Shown here: piece after piece, positions 1 through 14,200 of the stretch
How the letters are laid out: every line of letters begins with the position of its first letter
How positions within the stretch are numbered: the stretch's first letter is position 1
NCBI GenBank assembly: GCA_964016885.1
Contig: CAXHJY010001732.1
Coordinates: 33,763 to 97,762, forward strand
Direction of reading: 5' to 3'
Length of the DNA stretch: 64,000 bases
Source of the DNA: Eledone cirrhosa
Lineage: Eukaryota
Translations under genes and position numbers: made by a program
Notes under the pieces: generated by a model
What the model was told of the DNA's origin: nothing
What the model saw: the letters and a program-made list of their open reading frames with translations, nothing else
Database searches by the model: none

Positions 1-206
1 AAAGAAAGGGAGAAAATGAGAGAGAGAGAGATTTTCTCTATGTGTTTTTGAATGTCACAATGTGCACTGGAATGAATGGTATCAGTCTTAATAAACTGAA
101 ACTGTAGTGATTTCCAGAGGTTTACTGAGGAGATGAGACTGTCTGTCTTTCTGTTGATTTTTCCATTGTCTTTGTCTTGTGCACCCTTATTTTGAATATG
201 TATATA

Positions 207-306
207 CAGGGTGTCCCCCAAAAATGTATATATACTCAACAGCATTCTAATAAATATTGCCTGTATAGGTAATCAAAGTGTGTATATATTTTGGGGGGAG
301 ACCATG
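207..306. mobile_element. Tc1/mariner-like MITE
   Basis: Imperfect TIRs cagggtgtcccccaaaaatgtatatatact / agtgtgtatatattttggggggagaccatg flanked by TA. Confidence 0.6.
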
Positions 307-498
307 TATGTATATATATATAGATATATATAGAGAGAGATAAATATACACGGGTGTGTATGATTGTGTATAGAAGATTATATTAATAAAAGGAATTCCA
401 ACTTTGTCTGATTTACTCGTTTTATTTACAATCCTTTAAAATTTATAATGGTATTAGAATGAAATAGTATGGTAGAATATTAAATGTTAAGTATTAAT

Positions 499-537
499 TG
501 AACAAGTACTTTCATGCTTTCGCAATCTTCAGGTTCA
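499..537 (-). ncRNA. Minimal type-I hammerhead ribozyme motif (Penelope-like-element type)
   Basis: Minus strand reads tgaac CTGAAGA t tgc-gaaa-gca t GAAA gtac TT gttca: 5-bp stem I, GNRA-capped stem II, palindromic stem III. Confidence 0.8.
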
Positions 538-669
538 TATTCTGTGGTGACAGTCAAGTTTGCAATTTTCAACTGTAATGAGATGGGTAAATTTTGTGCC
601 TTATATACAGTGAAAAGTGGCTCCAGAATGCTAAATCTTGCAAACTGTATTTCGACCAATCGGTACATT

Positions 670-938
670 TGGCACTCTCGTTAGAGAGTTCCTGTATGCT
701 GATGATGCAGATTTGTGGCTCACACAGTAGAGGACATACAGTTGATATTGGACCCCTTTTCCAATACATGTATTGTGTTTGGGCTAAATATTAGTCTAAA
801 AAAAGACTTAGGTTATGTACACTCCCCTAGTTGGGAATGTATATGTGGAGCCAAACATTTTCATGAGAGGACAAAGACTTGAGGTGGTGGATAGCTTTGT
901 GTATCTCGGAAGTACACTTAGTAGAGATGGTACCATCG
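670..938 (+). mobile_element. RTE-clade LINE reverse transcriptase fragment (decayed)
   Basis: Translates across frameshifts as REFLYADDAD..FGLNISLKKT..LEVVDSFVYLGSTLSRDG. Confidence 0.75.
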
Positions 939-1877
939 CTGTTTTTGTACCCCTGATGAAGGGCTAATGCCCAACACGTCGAACTTTCTTTCCCCCATTT
1001 CTATATAAAGCGTGAAACTAATAAGACTTTCTGTACTTCTGTTTTGTGTTTCCTTGAACTATATATATATATAAATGATCATAGGTCAATGAGTAAAAGA
1101 GTTAAAGAACTTCTCAAGATTTTCATTGCCCTAATAAACAGTAAATGACGTCAATGTGTTATCAATGGCTTACTCACACATTTATAAAAAAAAAACTTGT
1201 TTGCTGAATTAGTGACATTGACCCCACCAAAGATCAAACTGAGATAAAAGCTGTCTGGAATGGGTTATGCCCAGATATACAATTATATCTATATATAAAA
1301 TACCTGTGTGCTTTAAATTGACATTAAGTCAATAATGAATCCTCCACCTGCCCATTTACACTATTTACCCATACCAGTAATTTATTAGTGTTCTTCCTTT
1401 AAATTCTCATTTTTTTTTTTAAATACTTTATTAAAACATTTATGAGGTGACAGATTCGATAGGTGTTGGTACAAAACCGGTTATGTCGAATGAATGAGGA
1501 AGTCTGTAAATATATGATCACTCGACATGCTAGAAATAGCAGCCAAATATCTCTCAAATTACATTTAAATAATTTTTAAAGAAGACACATTGAATAATGT
1601 AATAATACAGAAAGACGAAATGATCATTGGTGAAATAGATTTCATCGTATATCTGACCGATAAAGGCTGAACTGGGGCTAAACAACAATAAAAACCGCCA
1701 GCTATAAAGATTATTTAATTTTTAAAGAAAGTTTAGAAGCTGGAAAATCGCGTGATCCTACATGAGTTATTTCCCTTGACCACAATCTTCAATGAGATAA
1801 TGGCGTAACAGGATAAGAGTAAGAGAGGAGCAGTGAGTTGTTTACCTGCGGACTTGGGCCTGTCTCGGCTATATATA

Positions 1878-1918
<41 letters not shown>

Positions 1919-2114
1919 ATATAACACCAACCCTCACTAACGTATACAGACATACAACTCACAAACATAACACACACTTACAAGGTGACGTCTGTTCTAA
2001 AGGACAAGGTTACTTAAACCTACTTTGTTGTCAGCTGTAAAGGAGTCATCTTCGACGGAATTTCTGCATTTTTATTCAAGATTTCTTTGTCTGTTTATCT
2101 ATTGATTTATTTGT

Positions 2115-2147
2115 CACACACACACATACACACACCTCTTTATCCTT

Positions 2148-2199
<52 letters not shown>

Positions 2200-2274
2200 G
2201 AAAATATATAATTGTCAGTCTATCTAAATATGCATTTAATTGTCTAGGTATATAATTGTCTATATATCTATTTA

Positions 2275-2345
<71 letters not shown>

Positions 2346-2858
2346 GGATTAACCGAACAAGGATATGCCTGGCCTTGTCAGTATAAGAACTTCACAATGA
2401 AATATGTAAAATCTCCGTATAGAACAGGAACTAACTCATTCATACACATAAACATATAAATACTCACTCACACATAAACATACAAGCACACGCACACATA
2501 CATACACATATATACTGACGCACACACGTACACAATGTGTATACATGCTACTGTAATTTGTTGTTAAATAATATGGAACTGTAATCTTTTGTTATAGATA
2601 TTGCTATTATGCATTTATGATATATATATATATTATATATATATGTGTGTATGTATGTATGTATACGTTCATGAGTGTATTTCATTCCTAGCTGGTCCCT
2701 TTATCGATCCTTCTTAACCTTATTTTCTCTCTCTCTCTCTCTCTCTCTATACCCACACACACACATTCTCTCTCTCGATCTTTTTCTCTTTCTCTTTCTA
2801 TACACACACTCTCTCACTATATATAAATACACACACACACACACACACACACACTCTC

Positions 2859-2912
<54 letters not shown>

Positions 2913-3866
2913 ATTCTCTCACTATATATATATATACACACAAACTCCTACTATATACACACACACACACACTCTCTCTCTCCTGACAATAATTTCGAGG
3001 TTTCAATCCCCACTACTATCACCACCACCATCAATACCATCATCATCATCACCACCACTACCACCACCATCGCTACCACCACCATCATCACCACCACCAC
3101 CACCACCATCATCATCATCACCATCAGCACTATCACCACTCTACAGACACATACCCAGAAACAGAAAGCTAGCTCTGATAGTAGGTCTAATGCAGTCGTA
3201 AAACGTCGCACCATTCAAGCACCTATTGTAGAGTTGACAACCAAACAGAAAATATTTCTTCCACGAAATTAAAAGCTTCCTCTATTCTTTTTAATCTTTT
3301 TTATGCTTCTTTTTCTGGTTTCAGTCATTAAAACGTAAGGAACTCTGTCCATCTATCTCTCTGTATATCTATCTATCTGTCTGTCTGTCTATATATATCT
3401 ATCTGTCTGTCTATATCTATCTATCTATCTGTCTGTCTGTCTTGTATATACCTACGTTGAAACGTTATATATAAGTAGAAACATACGTACATAGAAACAT
3501 ACATACATAGAAACATATATATATATATACATACATATACATACATTGAAACATACATATATCTATATATACACACACACACACAGAAACATACATACAT
3601 AGAAACATACATACATAGAAACATATATATATATACATACATTGAAACATACATATATCTATATATATATATATATATATACACACATAGAAACATACAT
3701 AGAAACATATATATACATAGATACATACATATATCTATATACATACATACATACATAGAAACACACCATATATATATATACATTTATATATATATATACA
3801 CATATACACATAGAAACATACGTACATATATACACACACATAGAAACATACATACATTGAAACATC

Positions 3867-3929
<63 letters not shown>

Positions 3930-4195
3930 CTGTTCGTCGTATCATTTTTGCATACGCATATATATAAATATATACACACAATATCTATAGAGTATTGACA
4001 CTTTCGCATACATAATTTCACACATACATACATACATACACACACATACTCATACATATACACTCAATAAAAGCAAAAAGTAAACAAGAACTACATAAAA
4101 ACAACAACAGCAACAACAACAATGGAACAGCTTAACAATTAACAACCACAACAACGACCACCACCACCACCACCACCACAACAACAACAACACCA
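2115..4195. repeat. Mixed CA/CT/TA/CAC/CAA microsatellite block upstream of the first coding exon
   Basis: Direct inspection. Confidence 0.9.
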
Positions 4196-4404
4196 TTATA
4201 TTTTATCTACAATTAAACATCAGTAAACAATGGAACCTCTTTGAACTATTGATGCCGACCACTATTACTATTAATAATATTATTATTGTTGTCGTTGTTG
4301 CTGTTGTTGTTGTTGTTGTTTCTACTATGTCTTGATGATTACGACGATGATGATGTTTGTTTGTTTGGAGGTAGCAGCTACAAGTGGTTGTTTTCTCTAG
4401 AAAA

Positions 4405-5226
4405 ATGGCATCGTTTAATAGCAACGGTGGCGGCCATCCTCCAGAATTTGGCGCAGCCTGCGACAATATGGATCGGTTCGGGGTTATATGCGAACCCCTA
4501 GTGACCGACGATCAACGGTCAGCTTTAGAAAAACACTCGCCAACTACAGCAATAACGACATCAACATCAACAACAGCTATTCCCATACCTACAAGAACAA
4601 CGGCGACTAGTCCTCCGTCGATTGCGACTGACACTACAGAAAACCTATTCAGTGACCACCACTACGGCCAACAAAATAATCAACATCATCATCACTACCA
4701 CCAGCAACAACAACAACAACATCACCACCATCAATACTACCCACTAACAAGTGTGCAGATGTCTTCGTCACCGCCACTATCATCGTCACCGCCGTCGCTG
4801 TCATCATCACCATCGCCGTCGTCGTCATCGATGTTCTATCAGTCTCGCTGTAGATCAGCGTCGTCGTCGGCCGTGGGGAGTGTGGCGGGGGCGATGGGCT
4901 ACCCTTGTGGCGGCATGTCCCACGGAGGTGGTGGTGGTGTTGGCGGTGGTGGTGGTGGGCCGTCTGGTGGACTCACCCGAACTACCACTACTACGTCTGT
5001 AGCCTCCACTTTGCTATACGAAATCCCCGACTTACGCGAACATGAACCCATGACCGGACTACTGGGACTAATTCCCTCAAAGGCCCTTAAAGGGATGTTT
5101 AACGAATGTGAACTATTACTGACTTGTATCGCTGCCAGTGGGGAATATATATGTCTCGGTACAAATGTCGGCCTCGTTTTCATGTTTAACAGAAAGAAAC
5201 GTTGCTTGGAGAGGTTACGTTGTGAG
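4405..5226 (+). CDS. TECPR2: TECPR2 coding exon 1: low-complexity N-terminal extension plus start of WD40 region
   Basis: Acceptor-like ttttctctag ends at 4400, ATG at 4405, donor GAG|gtaagt at 5227. Encodes [35 protein letters not shown]. Confidence 0.85.
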
Positions 5227-8200
5227 GTAAGTTACTCTTTCAATTTATTTCATTAATTTTATTATTAATCCCACCGAGGTTAACTTTGCCTTTCATCCAT
5301 ACAGAGGTCGATAAAATAAAGTACCAGTAATGTACTGGGTAATTGCTGGCCTTGTGCCAAAAGTAGAAACAATTATTATCATCATCATCATCATTGCAGC
5401 ATGGGAGTTATGGCCCTTTACGGTCTGAGTTCAAATCTTGCCGAGGTTAGCTTTGCTTTTCATCCTTACGGGGGTCAATAAAATATAGTACCAGTAATGC
5501 ACTGGGGGTTCGATTTAATCGACCCACCCCCCGCCCCATCACCCAAATTACTGGCCTTGTGCCTACACTAGAAATCATTATCATTGCAGCATAGGAGTTA
5601 TGGCCCTTTACGTTCTGAGTTCAAATCTCGCCACAGTTAACTTTGCCTTTCATCCTTACGGGGGTTGACAAAATATAGTACCAGTAATGCACTGGAGTAA
5701 TTGCTGGCCTTGTGCTAAAAGTTGAAGTGGATTGGTAGTATCTGTAGAGGGTCGGACGGTGTGCTTTGCAGCATAGAGTCACGGCCCTTTACGTCCTGAG
5801 TTCAAATCCCGCCACGGTTAACTTTGCCTTTCATCCTTGCTGGAGTCGATAAAATAAAGTACCAGTCACACACTGGGGTCGATTTAATCGACTTTCCCCT
5901 CCCCCAAAATTGCTGCCCTTGTGCCTATATAAGAAACCATTTTTATTATTTTGGGATTGGCAGAATCGTTAGAGCGTCCGACAAAATACTTGGCAACATT
6001 TAGTTGTGACCCTTTATATTCTGAGCTCAAATCCTACCGAGGTTAACTTTGCCTTTCATCTTTCTACGATGGTTGTGGTGTGGAATGGGTCAATAGAATA
6101 AAGTATCGGTCAAGTACTGGGTTGATGTAATCGATGTGTCTTTCACCCCCACAAATTGTTGGCTATTTGCCTGAAATTAGAAATTGTAATCATCATCATC
6201 ATCATCATCATAGTTGGTGTGTTGGTGGATTGGTCGAATCGTTAGAGAGTCAGAGAAAATAACTTGTGATATTTGTTCCATCTCCTTTACTCTTTTACCT
6301 GATCCATCCCCATCCATCCGGCTGAGGCCATGCTGGGGCACCGCCCTTGTTTGAATGCTTACAGCATCTAGGTTTCCCCAGCGGTCACCCATCTAAGTAC
6401 TAACTAGGATCACTAAGCTTAACATTGCTTAACTTCGGTGATCGGACGAGAACCAGCCTTTTCAGCATGATATGCCTGTAAACATCCTGGGTTCAACTTT
6501 TGCTGGGGTCAACTTTGTCTCTCATCCTTTCAGGGTTGATAAATTAAAGTACCAGTCATGTATTGGGGATAAGTTTGAGCTTCCCTTCACCACAAAATTG
6601 CTGGTCTTGTGCCAAAATTAGAAATCATCATCATCGATTAACGTCTATCTTCCACGCTAGCATGGGTTAAACAGGTTTGTCCTATTTAGAGGCAAGTTGG
6701 GTCAGGTGACTGTGTCTCGCTCATATAGGACAGTTTCCGGATGGTTTTCTACGGCTGGATGCTCTTTCTGACGCCAACCACATTAACAGTGTGTGTTGGG
6801 TACTTTTTGCCATGTCTTTTACACATCCACTTTACAGTGTGGGCTGGGTGCTTTTTGTTGTGACACCTACATGATCACTTTACATAATTATTTGTAATCT
6901 TTTCTCTTATAGAGTTTCACCGTCATCTTCATCTTACACCTGTATTTTCATGCTGAAATGGGTTGGTTAGGTAACACAGTATCTCATCATTCGTTGGAGC
7001 CCTTCATGTCCTGACACACACAACAACAAAGAAAACTCCTCACTTTACTGGACACTGTCCTTCATATCCTGGGGGACGGTGATGCCATCAGAGAAAACCA
7101 CTAATCTTTTCTGGTCACAGTCCTTTGTATCCTGGGGGACACCAACAGATAAAACTTTTGATCTTTGGTGGTCAGTTCTTCATATCTTGACACATACACA
7201 GAGAAAACTTCTGGTCTTTGCTAGCCACTGTTCTTCATATTCTGACCTACACACCCACAGAGAAAACCACTGGTCATTGCTGGTCAGTCCTTTATAGTCT
7301 GACACACACACACTAACAGAGAAAACCACTGGTCACTGCTGGTCAGCCCTTCATATTCTGACCTGCACACCAACATAGAAAACCACTGGTCACTGCTGGT
7401 CAGCCCTTCATATTCTGACCTACACACCAACAGAGAAAACCACTGGTCATTGTTGGTCAGTCCTTCATATTCTGACATACACACCAACATAGAAAACCAC
7501 TGGTCACTGCTGGTCAGCCCTTCATATTCTGACCTACACACCAACAGAGAAAACCACTGGTCATTGTTGGTCAGTCCTTCATATTCTGACATACACACCA
7601 ACATAGAAAACCACTGGTCACTGCTGGTCAGCCCTTCATATTCTGACATACTCACAACAGAGAAAACCACTGGTCATTGCTTCATATTCTGACATACACA
7701 CCAACATAGAAAACCACTGGTCACTTGCTGGTCAGTCCTTCATATCCTGACACATACACACCAGTATAGAAACTCATAGGTCTTTGCTAGCCAATCCTAC
7801 ATGTCTATACATTGTGACACAAAGGACTTCTGTTGTTTGTTGTGTATAACATGTTTTTTAACATGGTTTTTACAGCCTGGTACCCTTCCAATCACCAACC
7901 AATTTACATCATGAACTGGGTGTATTTTATCAGGCTGCCACCATTAACCCTTTATCATTTACATGGTCGTGTAGGAGACACAGTAAAAAGGCCCCCAGCC
8001 CACACTGTAAATGTAGTTGGTGTTTGATAAAGGCATCCAGCCGTAGAAAACCAGCCAGTAACTCTCCTATATGAGCGAGACATGGTCACCCGACCCAAAT
8101 TGCCTCTAAATGGGACAAACCCATCTAACCCATGCTAGCGTGGAAGATAGATATTAAATGACAACGATGATGATGATGATTACCCAATATTTACTATTGT

Positions 8201-11200
8201 ATTTTCATGGTAAAGGCTTTACCTCACACAACATTGAATCTATGAGATTTTAATACTGTTTATTTTGAGACCAATACCTTAACATCAGTATGAGTAGCAG
8301 GTTACAGCCGGTTTGAACAGAAAGAGTTGAGAGAATTCTGGTTGTGTATGGCCAGTTTAAATGTTAAGGGGTTAAAGAGGTTGTCTCCTGTTGCTGCAGG
8401 ACAAATAAAGGGACTCCTTTGTCCCTTTGCTAATTTATATTCAGAGTTACTGCTCTTGTAGATGTGTTACCGGTCATGTGGCTTAGGGATAACAATCTGG
8501 GATAGGTATTGATATGTACCTACATGTTTGCTATATATCTAGATGGTATATACCTACATGTTGGTAAGTACGTAAATGTTGAGGTTTACCTACATGTTGC
8601 TGTGTACCTACATGTTGCTGTGTACTTACATGTTGCTGTGTACCTACATGTTGGTAAGTACGTAAATGTTGAGGTTTACCTACATGTTGGTGTGTACCTA
8701 CATGTTGCTGTGTACCTACATGTTGCTGTGTACCTACATGTTGCTGTGTACCTACATGTTGCTGTGTACCTACATGTTGTTGTGTACCTACATGTTGTTG
8801 TGTACCTACATGTTGTTGTGTACCTACATGTTGCTGTGTACCTACATGTTGCTGTGTACCTACATGTTGCTGTGTACCTACATGTTGCTGTATACCTACA
8901 TGCTGCTCTGTACCTACATGTTGCTGTGTACCTACATGTTGCTGTGTACCTACATGTTGCTGTATACCTACATGTTGCTATGTACCTACATGCCGCTGTG
9001 TACCTACATGTTGCTATGTACCTACATGTTGCTGTGTACCTACATGTTGCTGTGTACCTACATGTTGCTATGGACCTACATGTTGCTGTATACTCTCTAC
9101 TCAAACACCCCACTATTGAAATAACATTCCTTCAAATCCCTTCACTCTATTACATGTTCCAGCTGAGAGGTTGAGGCCAGACTGGGGCACCACCATTATT
9201 AGTTAACGCTATGTCCAGTGTTGAAATAACATTCCTTCAAATCCCCTCACTCTATTACATGTTCCAGCTGAGAGGTTGAGGCCAGACTGGGGCACCACCA
9301 TTATTAGTTAACGCTATGTCCAGTGTTGAAATAACATTTCTTTAAATCCCTTCACTTTATTTTCAATGAGACTGTTAGTAATGATATGTCTGGTTTTGGA
9401 ATAATGATCCTTGAACTCTTTACCATTTACATTACTCTATATATACTATTGTATTTTCATGGTAAAGGATTTATGTCATATAATATCGAATCTGAGATTT
9501 TGATGTTATTTATTCTGAGAACAATACCTAAACGTCAGTACGAGTGACCAGTTACAGCCATTTTGAACAGAAAAAGGTGAGAGAATTGTCCAGTTGCACC
9601 GCTCAAAGGTGATGTCACAAGACTGAGACCTCTGGCGTTAAGCAGTAATACAGAAGACCTGATTTCCCACAGGTACAAGCCAAAACTGAAGCATATAGAC
9701 AGTATGCTGCCAGCCCCTTCCCACTGTAAAGTGGTCATGTAGGTGTCATGTCAAAAAAGCACCCAGTCCACACTGTAAAGTGGTTGTGTAGGAGACACAG
9801 TAAAAAAGTACCCAGTACTCACTGTAAAGTGGTCATGTAGGAGACACAGTAAAAAAGCACCCAGTCCACACTGTAAAGTGGTCATGTAGGAGACACAGTA
9901 AAAAAGCACCCAGTCCACACTGTAAAGTGGTCATGTAGGAGGCAGTAAAAAAGCACCCAGTACGCACTGTAAAGTTGTCGTGTAGGAGACACAGTAAAAA
10001 AGCACCCAGTACACACTGTAAAGTTGTTGTGTAGGAGACACAGTAAAAACAGCACCCAGTCCACACTGTAAAGTGGTCGTGTAGGAGACACAGTAAGAAA
10101 GCACCCAGTACTCACTGTAAAGTGGTTGTGTAGGAAACACAGTAAGAAAGCACCCAGTACACACTGTAAAGTTGTCGTGTAGGAGACACAGTAAAAAAGC
10201 ACCCAGTACTCACTGTAAAGGGGTCGTGTAGGAGACAGTAAAAAAGCACCCAGTACTCACTGTAAAGTGGTCGTGTAGGAGACACAGTAAAAAAGCACCC
10301 AGTACTCACTGTAAAGTGGTCATGTAGGAAACACAGTAAGAAAGCACCCAGTACTCACTGTAAAGTGGTCGTGTAGGAGACACAGTACAAAAGCACCCAG
10401 TACTCACTGTAAATGAGGTTGGTGTTAGAAAGGGCATCCAGCTGTAGAAATCAAGTCAAAATCAGTTCTGTATGAGCAAGATATGGTCACCTGACCTAAC
10501 ATTGCCCACAACAGGACAACCTATCTAACCCATGTTAGTGTTGAAGAATGGACGTAAAACGGTGATGATGATGATACTGCCAGTTTAAATGCTAATGGGT
10601 TAAATCTTGGATCAAGTTACATCCGATATTAAAATGATTCTTTACTCAATTTGTTCTTATAACAGCTGTGTTTAATGAAATGTTCATTCTTTGCCTCCTC
10701 AGTATTTCCAGCTGCAAGTCCTTATATTTCACCATAGATTTTCAGACTTCTCTTCAATGATATTTAACAAAGGCTTCTAATGATTGACAGATTTAATTTA
10801 CTAGTCTTTAATGCTTTTGGTTCTAAACTACCCCTTTGTTCTATGACACGACCCTGCTTATTTTAACCCTTTAGCATTTAAACCAGCCGTATCCGGCCAG
10901 AATTCTTTCACCTCTTTCTGTTCAAACCGGCTGTAACCTGCCACTGATTCTGGTGTTAAGGTTTGTTCTCAAAATAAACAATATCAAGCTCTTATAGATT
11001 CGATATTATGTGAGATAATTATGTCAGATAAAGCCTTTACCATGAAAATACAATAGTTGATATAGAGTAATGTAAATGCTAAAGGGTTAAAGTGTTTATA
11101 TCTATATAAAATTAGAATTTGGTTTTTCACTCTAACATAGGAGATATGTAAATGTATTTGTGAGTTTTATATCGAATATTAATAATATTCGATTCGTTTG

Positions 11201-14200
11201 CAAGCAATCGGCCTCAATACGCTATGTTTTTTAGATGACCATTGTTATCTTTGTTTCTCTCTGTGTCACCACTAGAAGTAAATCAACAATATGGTTTCTG
11301 GGTTATTGCCCAGCGAAACACGGTCCTCTGACCTGATCTCTCACAAAGGGACAGCCCGTCTTACCCATGCTAGCATGGAAAATGGATGTTAAACGATGAT
11401 GAGGATGTCACATTATTGTCAATTATTAATGTCACTGCTAGAACAAAAGGATGACGATTGTCATCTAAAAAAACATAGCGTAATGAGGCTGATTGCTTGC
11501 AAACGAATCAACTATTATTATTATTTGGCTGGATTATTTAGGCGGAGAATTGGCAGTATCGGTAGAGGGTTGGACACCATGGTTACGGCATAGTTACGGC
11601 CCTTTATGATCTGAGTTCAAATTTCGTTGAGGTTAGCTTTGCCTTTCATCCTTACAGGGTCGATAAAATAAAGTACCAGGGTCGATAAAATAAAGTACCA
11701 GTCACGCACTGAGGTCGATTTAATCAACTTTCCCCTCCCCCAAAATTACAGGCCTTGTGCCTATATAAGAGACCATTATTTGGGTGGATTAGCAGTATCG
11801 GTAGAGGGTCGGACGATATGCTTTGCAGCATAGAGTTACGGTCCTTTATGGTCTGAGTTCAAATCCCGCCGAGGTTAACTTTGCCTTTCATCCTTGCGGG
11901 GTCGATAAAATAAAGTACCAGTAATGCACTGGGGTAATTGCTGGCCTTCTGCCAAAAGTAGAAACTATTATTATTCGATATAAAACTTATGAATTCATCT
12001 ATATAAAATCCTTTCATCATAATTTTATGTGAAAACTTTTCTTAAGCTATTTTCCAAACTCCGGATAAATAATAGGAAGTTTAGTTATATTACTAAATCA
12101 CTTCAAGTACTTGATAACTTAACCCTTTAGCATTTACATTACTCTATATATACTATTGTATTTTCACTGTAGACAATTTATCTTACATAATTATCTCGTA
12201 TGACATTTTGATATCATTTATTTTGAGAACAATACCTTAACATAAGTATGAGTGGCCTGTTACAGCCAGTTTGAACAGAAAGAGGTGGGAGAATTCTGGC
12301 CGGATACAGCCGGTTTAAATACTAAAAGGTTAAAAAATGCTAGGCAGTGTGTTTTACTAGAAATACGATAGCAAAGGTGTTAAATACAATGTTAGGTCTG
12401 TTATCAGTAACAGACTGTTATCATTTTAAATAAAAGAGGTGGTGGGTGCTGTCCAAGAAGGAAACTATTAACCCTCACCCCTATCTCTTCAGCCTTCTGT
12501 TACTAACTTGTGTTTTTCTGTACTGAAGCATACCAACACTTGCTGCAGCCGCAACCTGGTGCAGTCTGCGACTAACCCAGGTTCTGCTGCACATCGGGCT
12601 GAGGGGGCCAAACTCCTCAAATACCGGTGGCTCTCTGACAGGCTTGCAGTTGTACCCTTGGCAGTGGAGACTTCTGGTGTCCTCGGCCCTAGGGCTACCT
12701 CCCTACTTACCACCATAGGCACAGACCTGGCTACCTGAAGCAGTGGAGACTTCTGGTGTCCTCGGCCCTAGGGCTACCTCCCTACTTACCACCATAGGCG
12801 CTGAGCTGGTCAACCGCAGGTGTGAGCATCGCGAGCTGGAATGGCTCTTCCAGCGCGTCTCCCTTGCCGTCCTCCGGGGAAACGCCTTCTCCATTCTCTC
12901 CGCCAGGGCTGTGGGGAGGCCACCAATATGATTGGCTGACTTGTCGTTTTATCAGTCAGATGTTCTAATGCTTGTATGATATTAAATGAAGTGAAAAATA
13001 AAGAAAACATTGTCTAAATAGATAGGTAAGTCTGTTGGTGACACTGCCTAATGTGGTGTTGGTGTTCATATTTGTAAGTAAAAAAGCTGACTTTACCAAG
13101 CAGAATATTTACAAAGTCGTATTGAAATTACATTCCAGCCTTTATAACATATGTGTGAATCGCAAACAAATTATATATGGAGTTTTGGCAAAGGCTGGAT
13201 ATCCAAAACAGATGTGGTCAATTGTTTTTTGGTATAGTAATCAATTGATCATGTCCCTCTCTTCCCCAGCATGTTTTTTGAAAAAAACCACATATGTTCA
13301 AGACCAGGGGTGTGTAACATATTCCATTGGCAGGCCACTTTTGAACATTGGAACAACTATTAGGGCCATTAATATTTATTAAGCACTATTCCAAAGATTC
13401 ACCACAACTTCTTTCCATAACATGGAACTGGGAAATTCTAACACGCATAACCCTATCAGTGAAGCCCTTTAGTATAGGTCAACTAACAGAAAATTGTATT
13501 ACAGTTACGAAAAAAATTCTAAATAAGCCTACTAGGTAAAAATTAAAAAAGGCCATCGCGGGGCCACTCTGATTGGTCTGGCAGGCCCATGCGCCGCCTG
13601 TTGCACGCCCCTGTTCAAGACCTTTATATAAAAGTGCCTATGTACATTGAGGTTTTTAAGGAACATAACATCAGGTTCTCTGAAGGTTGAGAAAACCCAG
13701 GAAAAAGAATTGATGGTAGTAAGGGTTAGAGTTGTCTCTTCCCTTGCATGTTTTTGGTTGGGTCTTTAATATTAGCTGGAAGAGACAAACCTCCAATATA
13801 GAAATTTAACCCTTTAGCATTTACATTATTCTATATATATTATTTTATTTTCACGGTAAACTCTTTACCTCACATAATTATCTCACATGATATCAAATCT
13901 ATGAAATTTTGATATTATATATTTTTAGAACAATACCTCAACATCAGTATGTGTAGCCAGTTATGGCCGGTTTGAACAGAAAAAGGTGAAAGAATTCTGG
14001 CCAGATATGGCCGGTTTAAATGCTAAAGAGTTAAACCGGCTATATCTGGCCAGAATTCTCTCACCTTTTTCTGTTCAAACTGGTTGTAACTGGTTGCTCA
14101 TACTGATGTTAAGTTATTGTTCTCACAATAAATAATATGAAAATCTCATAGATTCGATATATGGCAGCTCCTACGCCATTATATAAGGTAGCACCACCAG

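Noticed and set aside
6357-6483. Functional 5S rRNA gene
   Set aside because: It has an internal insertion, no oligo-T terminator, a retro-type tail, and is nested in a SINE.
8509-9174. 221-aa (YLHVAV)n ORF
   Set aside because: It is an 18-bp minisatellite with no splice or homology support.
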